Source: a virus (Duplodnaviria; Caudoviricetes). Taken from it: a stretch of 64,000 bases of DNA. Each line of letters opens with the position of its first letter. The first letter of the stretch is position 1. Where the stretch lies: positions 104,961 to 168,960 of the IMG/VR virus record IMGVR_UViG_3300031992_000016. One strand, written 5' to 3'. The notes below the pieces were generated by a model. It made no database searches. It saw only the letters and a list, made by a program, of their open reading frames with translations, and was not told where the DNA came from. Shown in pieces: positions 13,739 to 26,673 of this stretch. Both the position numbers and the translations under genes were made by a program.

Positions 13739-14086
13739 TTATGATATTCCCTCCCCCGCATACATCATATCAATTATAATTGAAGGCACTGATTGCGCGG
13801 TTATATTTAAGTCAATACTACTATTATCAAATTGTAATAAACGAATTAATGCTCCCGCACTTGCATCAATTTCCCAAATGCCAGATGGACCAATCATAAT
13901 TGGATAGACATCATTATTAACAAAAAAACGTGTGCCTGGCGCAGCCTAAATGCCTAAACGAGTAATTGGATAAAATGGTTCAAATGCGGTGCCATTAACC
14001 AACTGCTCTCTTGTAATACCTGCAGGAACATTAATTAAATTAGAATCTCCACCCCAGGTAATCTGATAAAAATTAATTGCATCCAT
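13739..14086 (-). CDS. Small structural/hypothetical protein (115 aa), absent from ORF track; TAG=Gln
   Basis: ATG 14086 with SD AAAGGAG; one TAG at 13946 (RLGI*AAPGTRF); TAA at 13739. Fills the gap between neighbours exactly. Confidence 0.75.
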
Positions 14087-14104
14087 AAATTTTAAACTCC
14101 TTTA

Positions 14105-16489
14105 TCACAAAATATCATCAGTTACTCGTGTAGCCTAAATCGACATTAAACCATCATGAGTAAAACTATAATTAAATGATTTAATTAAATATTCACCATA
14201 AATTTTAGTTTTTTCATCTTTCACAATTATTTTTGTATTAGGCTCTAAATAATATACTGGTACACACTATAAATTGATTGTTTCTTGATAAAAAGTATGT
14301 TGATATAATAATCCTTCTAATGTATCAACACAACTCTTCCCTCTTGTGCTAGTACGTAGTAAATTTTTAGCCCAATCTGGAATACGCAAAATGACATAAT
14401 TAATAGTATCGTCAGTAGTGGTATAATTCTATATTAAATCTTCTGTATCAGTATCTTTAATATCTTCAAAAATAACATTTGGTACAGAATGATATGAAAT
14501 TGCACGTACCTTATCATCGGTCAGCATTTGCTAACGATGACCAATAACAGAACATTTAAATTTCTACATATCAGGATTGTCTTCCATAAAATCAAACCAA
14601 AATAATAAATTCTATGGATTAACTAATTTAACATATTCTTTACCATTAACTTGACCATACGTAAAAGCATTCGGATTCCATTTACCATTATTTATCCAGT
14701 TATTATATTCTGCCTAAGCATTTTCATATGCACTATAAGCGTTTTGATATTTTTTATCACTAGGATTTGGTGGCAATATATCTACATTATGTACTAAAGG
14801 CCAAAAAGCCAATACATCAGCATAATAGTCTTTATAACCAGTAGTATCTGTTGCTTCCCATCTTTCAACTTCTTTTCTACCAATAGACCATAATGCAGAA
14901 CCAGCATTATTATTTGCCAATTTAGTAATTGTTGATTCTTTAACATGACTATCTTTCTATTGACGATCATAAGCCATAAAATAAATTAAATCACGCCAAT
15001 CATAAGGCGTCTATACAACCTATTCTGTAATAGGTATCGCGCAAGGATCATGTGGGTCCGCAGCAATACGATCAAAATATTCCTAAGTACAATACCATTT
15101 TAAGTCTTCAATAATACCTGCTGTCGTGGGTTTTACTAAACGAAAATATTTTAATGGCTTATCATCAATAGCATAACGCATATGAATTTTTCTTGTGCTA
15201 TAAGAAGTAGTCTATTCTCCCCAAATAGAAAAATCATTTTTAATATTATCTAACTTAGGTGTATTCTAAAAACTACTAATTAAATTTGCAGAAGTAAATT
15301 GATAAGAATACTTACTTACATCCGCTGCGCTAGCATAATAACGCTCTTTCCGCGCTTCACCTGTATTAGTAACTACTTCATTAGTAAAAGCAATATTACT
15401 ATATACTAATTTGCGGCGAAACCGAAAACGACCATATACATCATAAAAATATTCAAACTCACCGAGCATTTTTACAATCATATCTAGTGCTTTTGTTACT
15501 GGGTCACCAACAGATAAAGTTAAATCACCAGCATATGTTAAATCTGTCGGACGATAACCAATGGTTTCACCATATTCAGCACCAACTTCAAAATGATAAC
15601 CAATATGATTATGAATAAAATTACCAGTTAAACTTTCATGATATTTCATCCAAACTAATTTTTCTTCTAGCTTTTGACATTGCGTAAATGGAATTGTTTT
15701 TGCATACGCATATTTTTCATCATCAATCAACATCATTTGTGTTGTTTCACTTGATAAATCAAACATATTGTTGCCGTCTAATAACTCACCATACTCAACC
15801 GTTGAAGTAGTATTTAAAGTATAAATATTAAATACATAAACATTCACATTTTTTGAGTTATTATCTAATAATTCAACAGCTACATCATCTACGTCTTCAA
15901 TGATTATGTTACTATAAGGCTCACCTGCATAATCATGTGCAATACCTTTAACGATAGTACGTATATCTTCTTTTTCTTCTCCTTTATACATACCACCTTC
16001 ATAGATATAAGTAGTGCCAAAATCATGTGCAGCAAAAACTTTCCCGCCAACAGTTCCATCTAATAAACACATTTTATCTTTGCCAGTAATATTAATCGTA
16101 TATGTTTTATCATTTAATGTATGAGCAAAATTGGTAATTACAAATGTGCCTTGCGGGAACCAAATAATATCAGGATATTTATCGTTAATAAAATTCTATA
16201 GTCCTATATAACATTTAAATTTTGTTTGTAATGTCCAATCAATTTCAGTGAAATTAATTTTATCATATTCACAAGTTAATTGAATTTGACAAGTGCGTCG
16301 CATTGCACTTTCACCTGTGACGTTAATAGAACCGCTAACTACCTATCCTTCTAAAATACCTTTCGCTCGTTCATCAAAAGTTAATGCAATTAATCGACAA
16401 TAAATAACTCGTACTGGATATTCGTCTAACTATTTCAAAAACGTTTTATCCAATAGATACATAGAAGGATCATTTAATGCTGCTGTCAT
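14105..16489 (-). CDS. Putative baseplate hub/tail-tip protein (794 aa); TAG=Gln
   Basis: ATGA overlap with the upstream gene, SD AGGAGG. Track ORFs 15266-16072 and 14714-14920 are in frame. Motifs GSINVTGESAMRRTC and CVPVYYLEPN; ends TGA TAA. Confidence 0.7.
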
Positions 16490-19296
16490 AATGAGGTTCC
16501 TCCTATATTTTTACGTGTCGGTTTTTTCCCGCTATCTGCATAAGTTACACCAGTTGTATAAGCATGATTATTTAATATCAAAGTTTCATCTGCTAAAGAA
16601 TTGTCTTTATACGCATCAATATTATAAATATCAATATCTGATAAAGCAGATGTTATATTGCCCCAAATTGCTTTCAAGGCTTTAGAATAATCATATAAAG
16701 CACGATTATATGTAATAATTAATTCATTGTAGTGCGTAACCCACTGATACTGTAAAGCATGCAAACTTTCATCGGTATTCTCCCAACTTTGTGGAGAATG
16801 AATAAAAGTTTGTAATTCTCGTTTTGCGCGAATATAATTATCATAGTAATGTTGAGTATCATCTCTATGAGTTTGGTAAATTGCTTCTTGTGTTTGACAA
16901 GAAATTTCTACCAAAACACCATTACCAGCAGTAATTTTCGTTGGAATTGATTTAAACTATGTAAATAACTAAGTCCCTCTTAAAGAATCTAAATTTAAAT
17001 TAATTACACTGCCATCTTCAAACTAAAGCTAAGCGGTATAATCAATATGGGAACCTGCGCCATATCCATAATAATAATACGTATTTTCATTTTCTTTATC
17101 TGGACCTTTTGTCACAAAAATGTGTGGATCCATTGTGGTTCCTACACTATCTAATACAAAATAAGGTATTAATATATCGCCTCGATAATATACTCCATCA
17201 TGATACTATAATGTAGTATTATCTTTAATATATTCAGTTGCCTAAACTGACTAACCTGTAAAACGTGAAAATTTTAATTTATATAAACGTGAAATTGGCA
17301 ACATGCAATCCAATAAATTGACTTGTGGCCCTAAGCCCCAACGTTGAATACAAAGTTCTTCTACTGGGTTACAATAATTTACGGTATTAAAATCAGATTT
17401 TGTAATTGCGCCTACCGTTACTACTCCATTATATAAAGTATCGTAAATGGAAGCTGGCTCCTAAACACGTCCAATAGTAATCTCTTTAATTAAAGACCCT
17501 GTTGGTAATGTTAAAGCATAATACCCAGTTGCGCCAATAGTAATATGTCGATAATCAGTAGTTATACCATCTACCCCAACGATACGTAAATTAAACATAG
17601 TGCCAGGAACACAATTTTCAATTTTTAAAGAGCCAACACCCTCATATACATTTAAACTTGGTGTTTCTACATTTTGATTTTTAAATACGTCAGTTAATGA
17701 AATAGTATAATATGTAAATGTTTGATGTACCGCGGCACTAGTAGAAGTACCATCATAAGGTGCTTTATATAACCCAAATTTAATTAAATCATTTAAATCA
17801 TCAGCATTACCGCATTCACTAGCTTGTGACTAAAACGTATGTAGCATACGTGAAACACTATCATTAGGTGTTAATGAACTATTCATTAGATATACAATAT
17901 AATTGCCTTCACCTGGGCTTTTTAATAATTTTGGTTTGCCATTACTTAACCACTATAAAGCTGTCATATTAAAGCGTCGTTCAAGTGTAAGATTTTCATC
18001 TGTAATATCTGTTTCATCTTCATGATTACCATAGCCTAGTTCTTCTCTTGAATAAAAATAGCCATCTCTATCCATGAGATAACTTAATAAACCAGATAGC
18101 TAAAATTCTTTATAATCTACAACGCCATTTCTAAAATATTTTGGATATTTAGAACCTATTGTATTTTTTTTCGATTCATTCAAAGTGCGTTTAAATGCAG
18201 TAACTTTAGGATTAAAACGTATATCTAATTGACGTTCTCCATCCCATAAAAATAAATCTTCAAAATATGCAGTTACATCATTTGAAATAGTACGACGTGA
18301 GTAAAGACCACGACTATTATACTGTCGCACTGAATAACGATATGTTACACCATGTTCTACCATAAAATCAGTATAAAAATACTAACCAGTAACCATATCT
18401 TCTGTTAAAGAAAAATTAAATAATTTGGTCCAACTACCAAAATTATCTTTTGAACTAGAACGTGAAAATTCATATCGTCCAGCATTTGTGTCAAAAATAG
18501 CATTATATTTAATTTTGATAAGACCATTGTCATAATCTAAAACTGCTTTTAAAGGTGCGCGAGTATCACTTGGCAATCCTGTCCCGGCAATAATAGTATA
18601 CCAAGGAGAAGATATTTCCTAGAATGAATTAGTCTATACTACATAACGTAAAAGATAGTATTCATCAACAATTAAAATTTTACCAAGAGACCAATGATCT
18701 TCACTACGCCCAGCTTCTGTATCGCCATATTCAGCATGAGGCTACCATCCACTAGATTCTATTAATTCATATGATGATGAATATAAATCAAATTTATATT
18801 GATAAACAACTTCCGTGGTATCACTATTTAAATATTCACCAGTAAATTCTTGGAAGTCATAATTATTACCAAAAGAATCTAAACCAACTATATTGACAGT
18901 AATATCATTTGTACATTTAACAATAGCAACAGTCGAATAATATCCACAAGCGTTATCTTTATCTATAAAAGCAATTTGTATTTTATATGATTGGCCTATT
19001 GATAATCTCTGTCGCCAAGGTAATAAAGAAAATACTGCAACTAATGAATCTTCCGCGGTACTTGTACTAGTAATTGGATATATGTTTGGCGCTTCAGTAT
19101 TAACATTTAAATCTACTTCACATAAAATGGTATCAGTATTTGTTGTACGTAATCTCATACGCAAACCTGTTACTTGTGATGCCGCAACCGCACGATTCAT
19201 TGAAAAAGGGACCCTTAATAAGGGTCCCTTTGAATAAATCATTGAAGGTAAAGTACCAGCTATAACAGGCGGATAAAGCTTTGTTGTAGCCGGCAT
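16486..19296 (-). CDS. Putative tail/baseplate structural protein (936 aa); TAG=Gln
   Basis: Four track ORFs in one frame, separated by TAG (18742, 18382, 18100 and others). SD GAGGAGGAG; TGA at 16486. Confidence 0.75.
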
Positions 19297-19299
19297 CGC

Positions 19300-19689
19300 T
19301 TACTCCTCCTCATCAATTATCAATTCTAAACCTGCAACCTGTTTAGGTGTAAATTCAAATTTTTCAAAGTCCTCAGCTTTAAGTTTCTTCAAATCTACAT
19401 CTACTGTAAAATCATTTAAAGCTTTTCTGGCTTCTTGACATTCTTCAATCATGTCCTCTTTAATTTTGAAAACTCCAGGCGCAGATTCAACAAATTGCTG
19501 CGTCTCAGGATCAATCTCTAAATACTTCATTGCAAATTCACGTTCTTGTTCAGTGAAAAATTCATTTTCCTTTTCTAATAGTTTAATATTCTTAGCAAAT
19601 ACTAAACTAATCTTAAAAGGTAATTTCATCTCTTGCAATTCACGTAAAGTATTAAGTAAATCCATTGTTTGAATACTATTTAAAGTCAT
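19300..19689 (-). CDS. Hypothetical helical protein (129 aa), possibly DUF1617-like; TAG-free
   Basis: Intact ORF with SD AGGAGG and TAA stop. Confidence 0.8.
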   Translation of the reverse strand: MTLNSIQTMDLLNTLRELQEMKLPFKISLVFAKNIKLLEKENEFFTEQEREFAMKYLEIDPETQQFVESAPGVFKIKEDMIEECQEARKALNDFTVDVDLKKLKAEDFEKFEFTPKQVAGLELIIDEEE

Positions 19690-19719
19690 ATCCTTTTCCT
19701 CCTAAAAGTAGTTATAATA

Positions 19720-22700
19720 TTAACCTGCTGCTTCTGCTATACCATTAATTGAACCATTACATGTTCCATGTTCTGGGACAGAAACTGAACATGCACCACT
19801 AACATGATGCGCATGTGATTTATTTGCTTTGTTACTAATATCGCTTTCAGTTTTAGTAACTCGTGTTTCAAGCGATGTTACACCTGATTTTATTTCTTGT
19901 GCAGTTTGAGCCGCGCTGTCTGCGGTTGATTTACTATCTTGCATCATGCTCCAGATGTCATTTTTAGTATGCTCTCCATCAAATGATAAACCTTTGCCTA
20001 TAATTTCATTTAATCCCTCTGGACCACCGGCAAGTGCCTAAATGACTTTTGTTAGATTACCCATACTACCATTTATTTTACTTGCCAATGATGAAATTTG
20101 TCCCGCTAAATCAGCCAATTTTTGATTAACATAATTTAATGATGCATAAATGCCATCTGGTCCATAACAACCTAAACCAGCATAAACTTTCTAAGTAGCA
20201 TTAACCCACTATGCTGCTAAATTCCACTTATATAATAAACCATAAATTTCAGTTGAATAATTAATTAAATTACTAGTTGGTGTTAAAATGATATGCTATT
20301 TACGAGTTTCTTCACTATCACTCGCTGTTTCAGCATAAGAAATAACATTACCTTCATTATCGACATATTCTTTCCATCCTGCTACGGCAGAAAAACCTAA
20401 ATATTGATGGTCATGAGAAAGATTATGCGCTTTCATATATGAATTGTCAGTATTTAAAATAAAACGTAATTCAGAACCATATAATACATAATTACCAGAA
20501 ACAATCTTATCAGCATCAGTTAAAGTTATTTCAACACCTTCCGCGGTCGTACCAAGCCCTTGCTCTGTATCCCATGTTGTTGGTAACTATGTGCGACCTA
20601 AAATTGCCATTAATACATCATTCTCAGAATAATCATATGTATGACTATCAAAACCATTACCTACTTGCTAACGAATTAAACCAGCTGTAACTTTTGTAGT
20701 TCCACTACTATCTGAGGAATATGTCGTACCACTGTAACTACTTGGACCCAACGTTACTGCGCTTTTTTGATTCCATGTAATATATTCAAATGGTCCGCTA
20801 TAGTCCTGACTTGAAATTTTAAATCCGACCAATTCAATTTCACCATTATCATCATATACACCAATAGATACTCTATTTTGTTTACCATCTAATACCACAT
20901 TATTATGATAAAGATTAATAGTACCAGATTGACCATTTAATTCAATAGCAGGATAATAATTCGTATCATAAATAGTTTCGCCCCATTCATCTTTTGCAGG
21001 CACCATTACTGGCTAATCATTTTCATCTACCATAGGCTGATTATTATCATCAACAGCCTATACCATATGCACTTCACGTTTCATACATTCGCCTAAACGA
21101 ATTGTACCTTTTGTACCGTCAATTGCTATGTTATATCCACCGGTCTATACATAAGTCGGTCCATTAACATGTGGTTCAATATCAACGACATACGACTCTA
21201 ATAAACCATTATGATAATACTCAAGAGGAATTTGTGTAGCATATACAATGTGTCCAGTTTCAGCATGTATCTCATATGGAATATCTGGTAAATCAATACG
21301 CCGAAGCATACGATCGGCATAATGAAGAGTTGGATCATAATAAAATCCCATACGCGCAAATGTATTTTCTGCTCCACCAGCACCACTTTCTAACAAAATA
21401 GATTTATTAAGTAAAGCAAAATAAGGGTATTTAACGCCTGCGCTGCCGTTAATCATGCCTACATCTAATTCTGCAACAAATGAATTAGATTCTGTACGAA
21501 TATATTGTCCTAAAGAATTCTTTTTACGACGACCAGTTTCATCATAAACATAATCCTACAATCTTATTGTACTGTATAATTTTGTATCTGTAAAACCCCA
21601 GCCACCAATAGTACCACTTTCAGCATATAAATCACCGTTATAATCTACACTAAAAGTGCCTCGATTCTATTTAGACATTGGTTGTCCTGCTGGACCACTC
21701 CAAATATAATAATTACCTACATCATCTGCATTATTTAAACTACTACTTGAATTTAAAGAAGCATAAACTAAATCAATTTCTTTTTCATGTTCTTTTAAAT
21801 TGATAATTTCTCCATTATTTATATAAATAAACTTATATCTGTATTGCTCAATATAACCATCAGTATATAATATTTTATGTAAAGGAATCATTGTATTTAA
21901 ATAATAGAAAATATTTGTTAAATTTTCTGGCTAGACCCATCTGCCTTCTTCTACTTGTACTTGCGCAACATCATCTCTAAATAGTAGATAATTAGATTTT
22001 ATTTCACCCTCAGCCTAGTGTGTTGCAATGGCAGGGAAGAAATGCTCTAATAATGTTGGTATTTCAGGATATTCATTTCGTAATATAATTAATAAATATT
22101 TATGAACATACTATAAAATTGACTCATATGTAATACCAATCTAAATACCACTAGTTAAAACTTGCGTCGTAGATCCATCTTGTAATGTAATAGAAGAAGT
22201 TAATAATTTATTAATTTCTGTTAATAAACTATGATCCTCACAAATCATGCCAAATTTACTTAAATTATCAGGCGCTAAATAGATTTCTTTAATAAGATAT
22301 AAATATAATTCTTCGGCAAATTCTCTATTAGTAGAAGTCTTATTTCCAACTCCTAGATATATTTTACTATTATTTTTTTTCTTTGTCAAGCCTGCGTCAG
22401 TAATCTACCAGCCGCCGATATCACCCCAACCAGCACGAATACCGCCGCTCATAAATACACCACGATGTGGATCAACAGCGAATACATCTTTAGTTTCTGC
22501 TATTGACAATAAATCATTCCAATTTACATTCGCTGCATTTATGTCGCTCTTTTCACTTTCAGTGTATAAAAAATAAGGGCTATATCCTTTTGATTTAATA
22601 TCATATAAATTATCAGTAATTATATCAGTCTTTTTAGGATTTAAATTAATATAAGACGTCATGTTAGCGTTGCTAATAATGCCAGCATGCTTATTAATAT

Positions 22701-25700
22701 AAATACGTCCTGCGCCAGCAGCACCAAAAAATGCTTCACCGCTAGTTAATAATCCATATGTTTGTGCGCCAGCCTTAAAACCATAAATACCAGGAGTATC
22801 AATACTACCATCGTTAATATCACTAGACCAATCACCCATCAACATACCAGTAAAGGCATTATTTGAATCTTTAGAGCCAACGACAATACGTTTAGACAAA
22901 GATGTATTGTTATTATTATCAATGGTAATTTCTGTACCGCCCCAAGCATTTACTAATGAAGAACAATAAACTTGCCGTTCAAATACAATTGCTTGAGTAA
23001 CCCAAGTACCATCACGCAATTTTACACTTAAATAAGCGTGTGCATCTCGTAATTTGTCTTCCCACTAAGTATTTTCACCATCTACTAATAATAAAGAATA
23101 GGTAGTGCCCAATTCAGAATCATTAGCTTTAATGCGAATCCAATTATCTACATTTAAAGCATTCTCATAACTGCCAGTATCTAAATTTATAAAATAATTA
23201 GTACCGATATTATTTACGATCATACCAACGCTTGTATTTAAAGCATCTGCAATACTATCTGCATCGCGATATTTGAAAGTTAAAGACCATACTGGAGCCA
23301 TATCTAAAGTGACAGGAATATAACCTGTTTTCAATGATGCTTGATATTCATCAACAATTGCTTCTTTTACTTCACACTCATGATCAATCAATGCACGTTG
23401 TTCAGTTACATAATTAAATCTTTGATCATTTTCTTCTGGTATTAACTCCGCATTTGCATCAATAACAGCATAACGCTAACGCCGCCATGTCCAATTTGCA
23501 TATTCTAAAGATGGATCAAATTCAGTGGCATATTCTGCGTCAGGCAAACGAATTGCTCTACGCAATTCAATTAAATTAGTAATAAACCCACGTGCATCAT
23601 AAATAATTTGCTTACCAATAGATGCCGCCATCTCTTCTATATTAATATAAATATATCTATTATTATGATCTACAACTTCAAATGCACTTTTATCATAAGC
23701 TGGATTTGTACCAGATGAATTAAAAGCGATACGATTTGGACAAGAAATACTATAACTATTCACCTATAAATTATCTAATGCATCTACTGCTTTCCATACC
23801 TAAAATGGTACAGAATAATATAAGCTATAATTTTCTAATCCATCAACTCGCAATGTAATAATAGGCGGTACAATTGGCTAATCTACTGTAAAGAAGTCCA
23901 TTGATAATGGCTAAATATATAAAACACCAGAAGCATCAATATTAATCATATAATAATTGTCTTCTGTATTAGCATTTAAACCAGAATTTAAATACCAATA
24001 AATCTAACACTTTGCACGTTCTTCATCAGATAGCGGTAATCCATTTTTCTTTCTGATATTAGCAATTAAATCATAATAATAAGTACCTAACGAATCTTCT
24101 GCAGTGCCTTCTAAAGTAATCATATGATATTTATCTAATTTTAAAATTGGCGCATTAGTTAATTCATTACTATGATCTCTTACCATAATAGAGATATTAT
24201 AATTACTACCCATCGTACTGGCATTACCAAAATGGAATTCGCGTTCGGCTATATAATTAACATTCCCATAATTGATATTTAATGCTAATCTATCTATTGG
24301 TCGCGCACTACTTAAAGAATACGAATCTTTAATTCTAAACTCTAATACAAATACTGTAGTTTCAGGCGCAAAATGAAATCCAAAACGTTCATTCACTTGC
24401 TCAGTAGTCATACGATGTAAATAATTAAACATCGTTGGTGAATCAGGATTAACTTCATTCGCAGTAATATCCATATTCCAACTGATTGCATACGCTGCCG
24501 TTAAGTCATCAGCAATTTGCTAACGTACTGATGCAGTTAATTGTGTAATTAATTCTTCTTTCCCCAATGTAGCATAAGCATCATCAAATGAAGTAATATT
24601 TAAATAAGCAGCTATAACTTTTTTATCCCAATCGTTTAAATAGCCTTGTGCTACTTCATCTGTTATTGTTGGATCATATGCTTTTAATTTTTCTAAGTAA
24701 CTTGATTCTGTTGCAATTGCTTCACGAATAGGCTAATTATATTGTACAATACTATAATTAGCTTCTTCTTCAGAATCATCAGACCGCATCATCAAAAACG
24801 CATAATATGTAACGCTGTCATATGGGATTCCATCTGGATTTTCTATTGCGTGCCCGCGTTCATCAAAAACAAAAAATTCAGATATACTATCATCAGCTAT
24901 AAATGATCCACCAAATAAATTTTCTGATGGTACTTTTTCATTTAAACTTTCGTATCGTGGTCTTACTAATTGTACTTTAAATTTAGAATTTATGTCAGAA
25001 AATTGTTCTACTAAGTAATCAGTAGATTGATTTGTAAAAGTAACTTCATTACTAGTAATAAAAGTATTATCATATGAAGCAATCGCTTTAAATGTTTGTT
25101 TTGATTTTTTAGGATTTAAATCGACTTCTGCCAATGTAAATAATTCTTCTGGTTCATCTAATACATATTTAGCTGGTTCATTAGTTTGTTCTTCAACAGT
25201 ATAAATTTCTGATAAATACTAAAATTCTACTGCATTTAATGGTATAGCAGTATTACGATCTGCAGTGAATGGTAATGTATCGCTTTCAATTAATACTAAT
25301 TCATTACTATCGTTTCGTGTTACTAATTGATAATCAACTAAATTAATCCAATAGCCGTAAGGGTTATTGTTATCCAATTTATCAGCAAAGTCTTGTATCT
25401 CTACTGCATTACCAAAATTTAACGTCCAACCTGCTATTTCATCATTCCAAGGCTATAAAATAGTCGGCGCATTACCAGTTCCGCCAGAAGTCAATGGTAT
25501 ATAATAATAAGCACCTACTTTTGGTTGTACAGAATGATCAAAACCATACATATTAGTTAATGTATAAATCATTGAATCAAACTTCCAATAAGTAGGTAAA
25601 TAACCAGGAGCTTCCACCGTAGAATCGTCACATTCAAAAATTGTCTGACCTAATTTAAATTGATATAATGGATGCAATACCCAAGCATCAATATCTTTTA

Positions 25701-26673
25701 CTGGATCAACTATATGCTCCTATCGTTCTATATGGCCAATATACTATACAACTGGCGCCCATTTTTCATTATCATTAATTAAAATTGATTTTAATTGTGC
25801 ATAAGTCACAACTTTTGTAGCAGTTTTATCAATACTACCATCAGGTCGTATCGTATCATTTAATGGTTCCCATCCTAACCCAGCCTATTTATCAATAGTG
25901 CCGGTATAATCGGTATTTTTTCTGAACCATTTAATTTTATAACGCTAATTTAATAAATCTTTATATTGATTAATTAAATTATATAAATCTTCCTACTACT
26001 AAATAGTTGTAATATCATCAAATAAATTCTCTGGATCATATAACATCTAATTAAAAATGTCTTTAAAAGCATTGCCATCCGCCCAATCTTCTTCAGTCAT
26101 ATCATCAAATAAAGTTAAACCATATTGATTATATAGGGCTTCCATACGATTATATAAATAAGTTAAATAATTCTTATTAACTAAAATGCGCTCAGTGCGC
26201 TAAACTGCTTGAGCTTCTATTAATAATGCTTCTTCCATCATACGAGTTAGCTCTTGCAATTCATATGTTATTGCTTCTAAGCGAGCGATATAAGCTGCTA
26301 ATTGTTCATTTGCATCTTCAATTTCTTCTTCTACATCTTGTCGTATTGCAGTAATGAAATCATTAAGCATTTGCGTACAATTCTTTTTAAATTCTTCTTC
26401 TATATAAGTATATACATCTTTATCCTGTTGTTTAGCTTCTTCTTCTAAAACTTCACGCTCTTTGCCTTTTGTTCTATCATAAATAACATATGCAGCATAA
26501 CGAGCCGCTTGCTCTTTTGCTTCACGTATTGCACGATCGCGCGCCAAAGCCTAAGCAGACAATGACACTGACGAATAAATAGTTTTTGCAGTTTTTTCAA
26601 AAGCGGTAGTATTAATACTTAAACCACCGCCACCAGCTTCTAACGGTACAGTAACAAAACTCAATAATCTCAC
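19720..26673 (-). CDS. Large tail-tip/central fibre protein, C-terminal part (2317 aa from GTG 26673); TAG=Gln
   Basis: Twelve track ORFs share one frame, separated only by TAG (including TAG-TAG-TAG at 25993-26001); TAA at 19720. The start is uncertain: GTGA overlap with the upstream stop and no clear SD. Confidence 0.7.
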
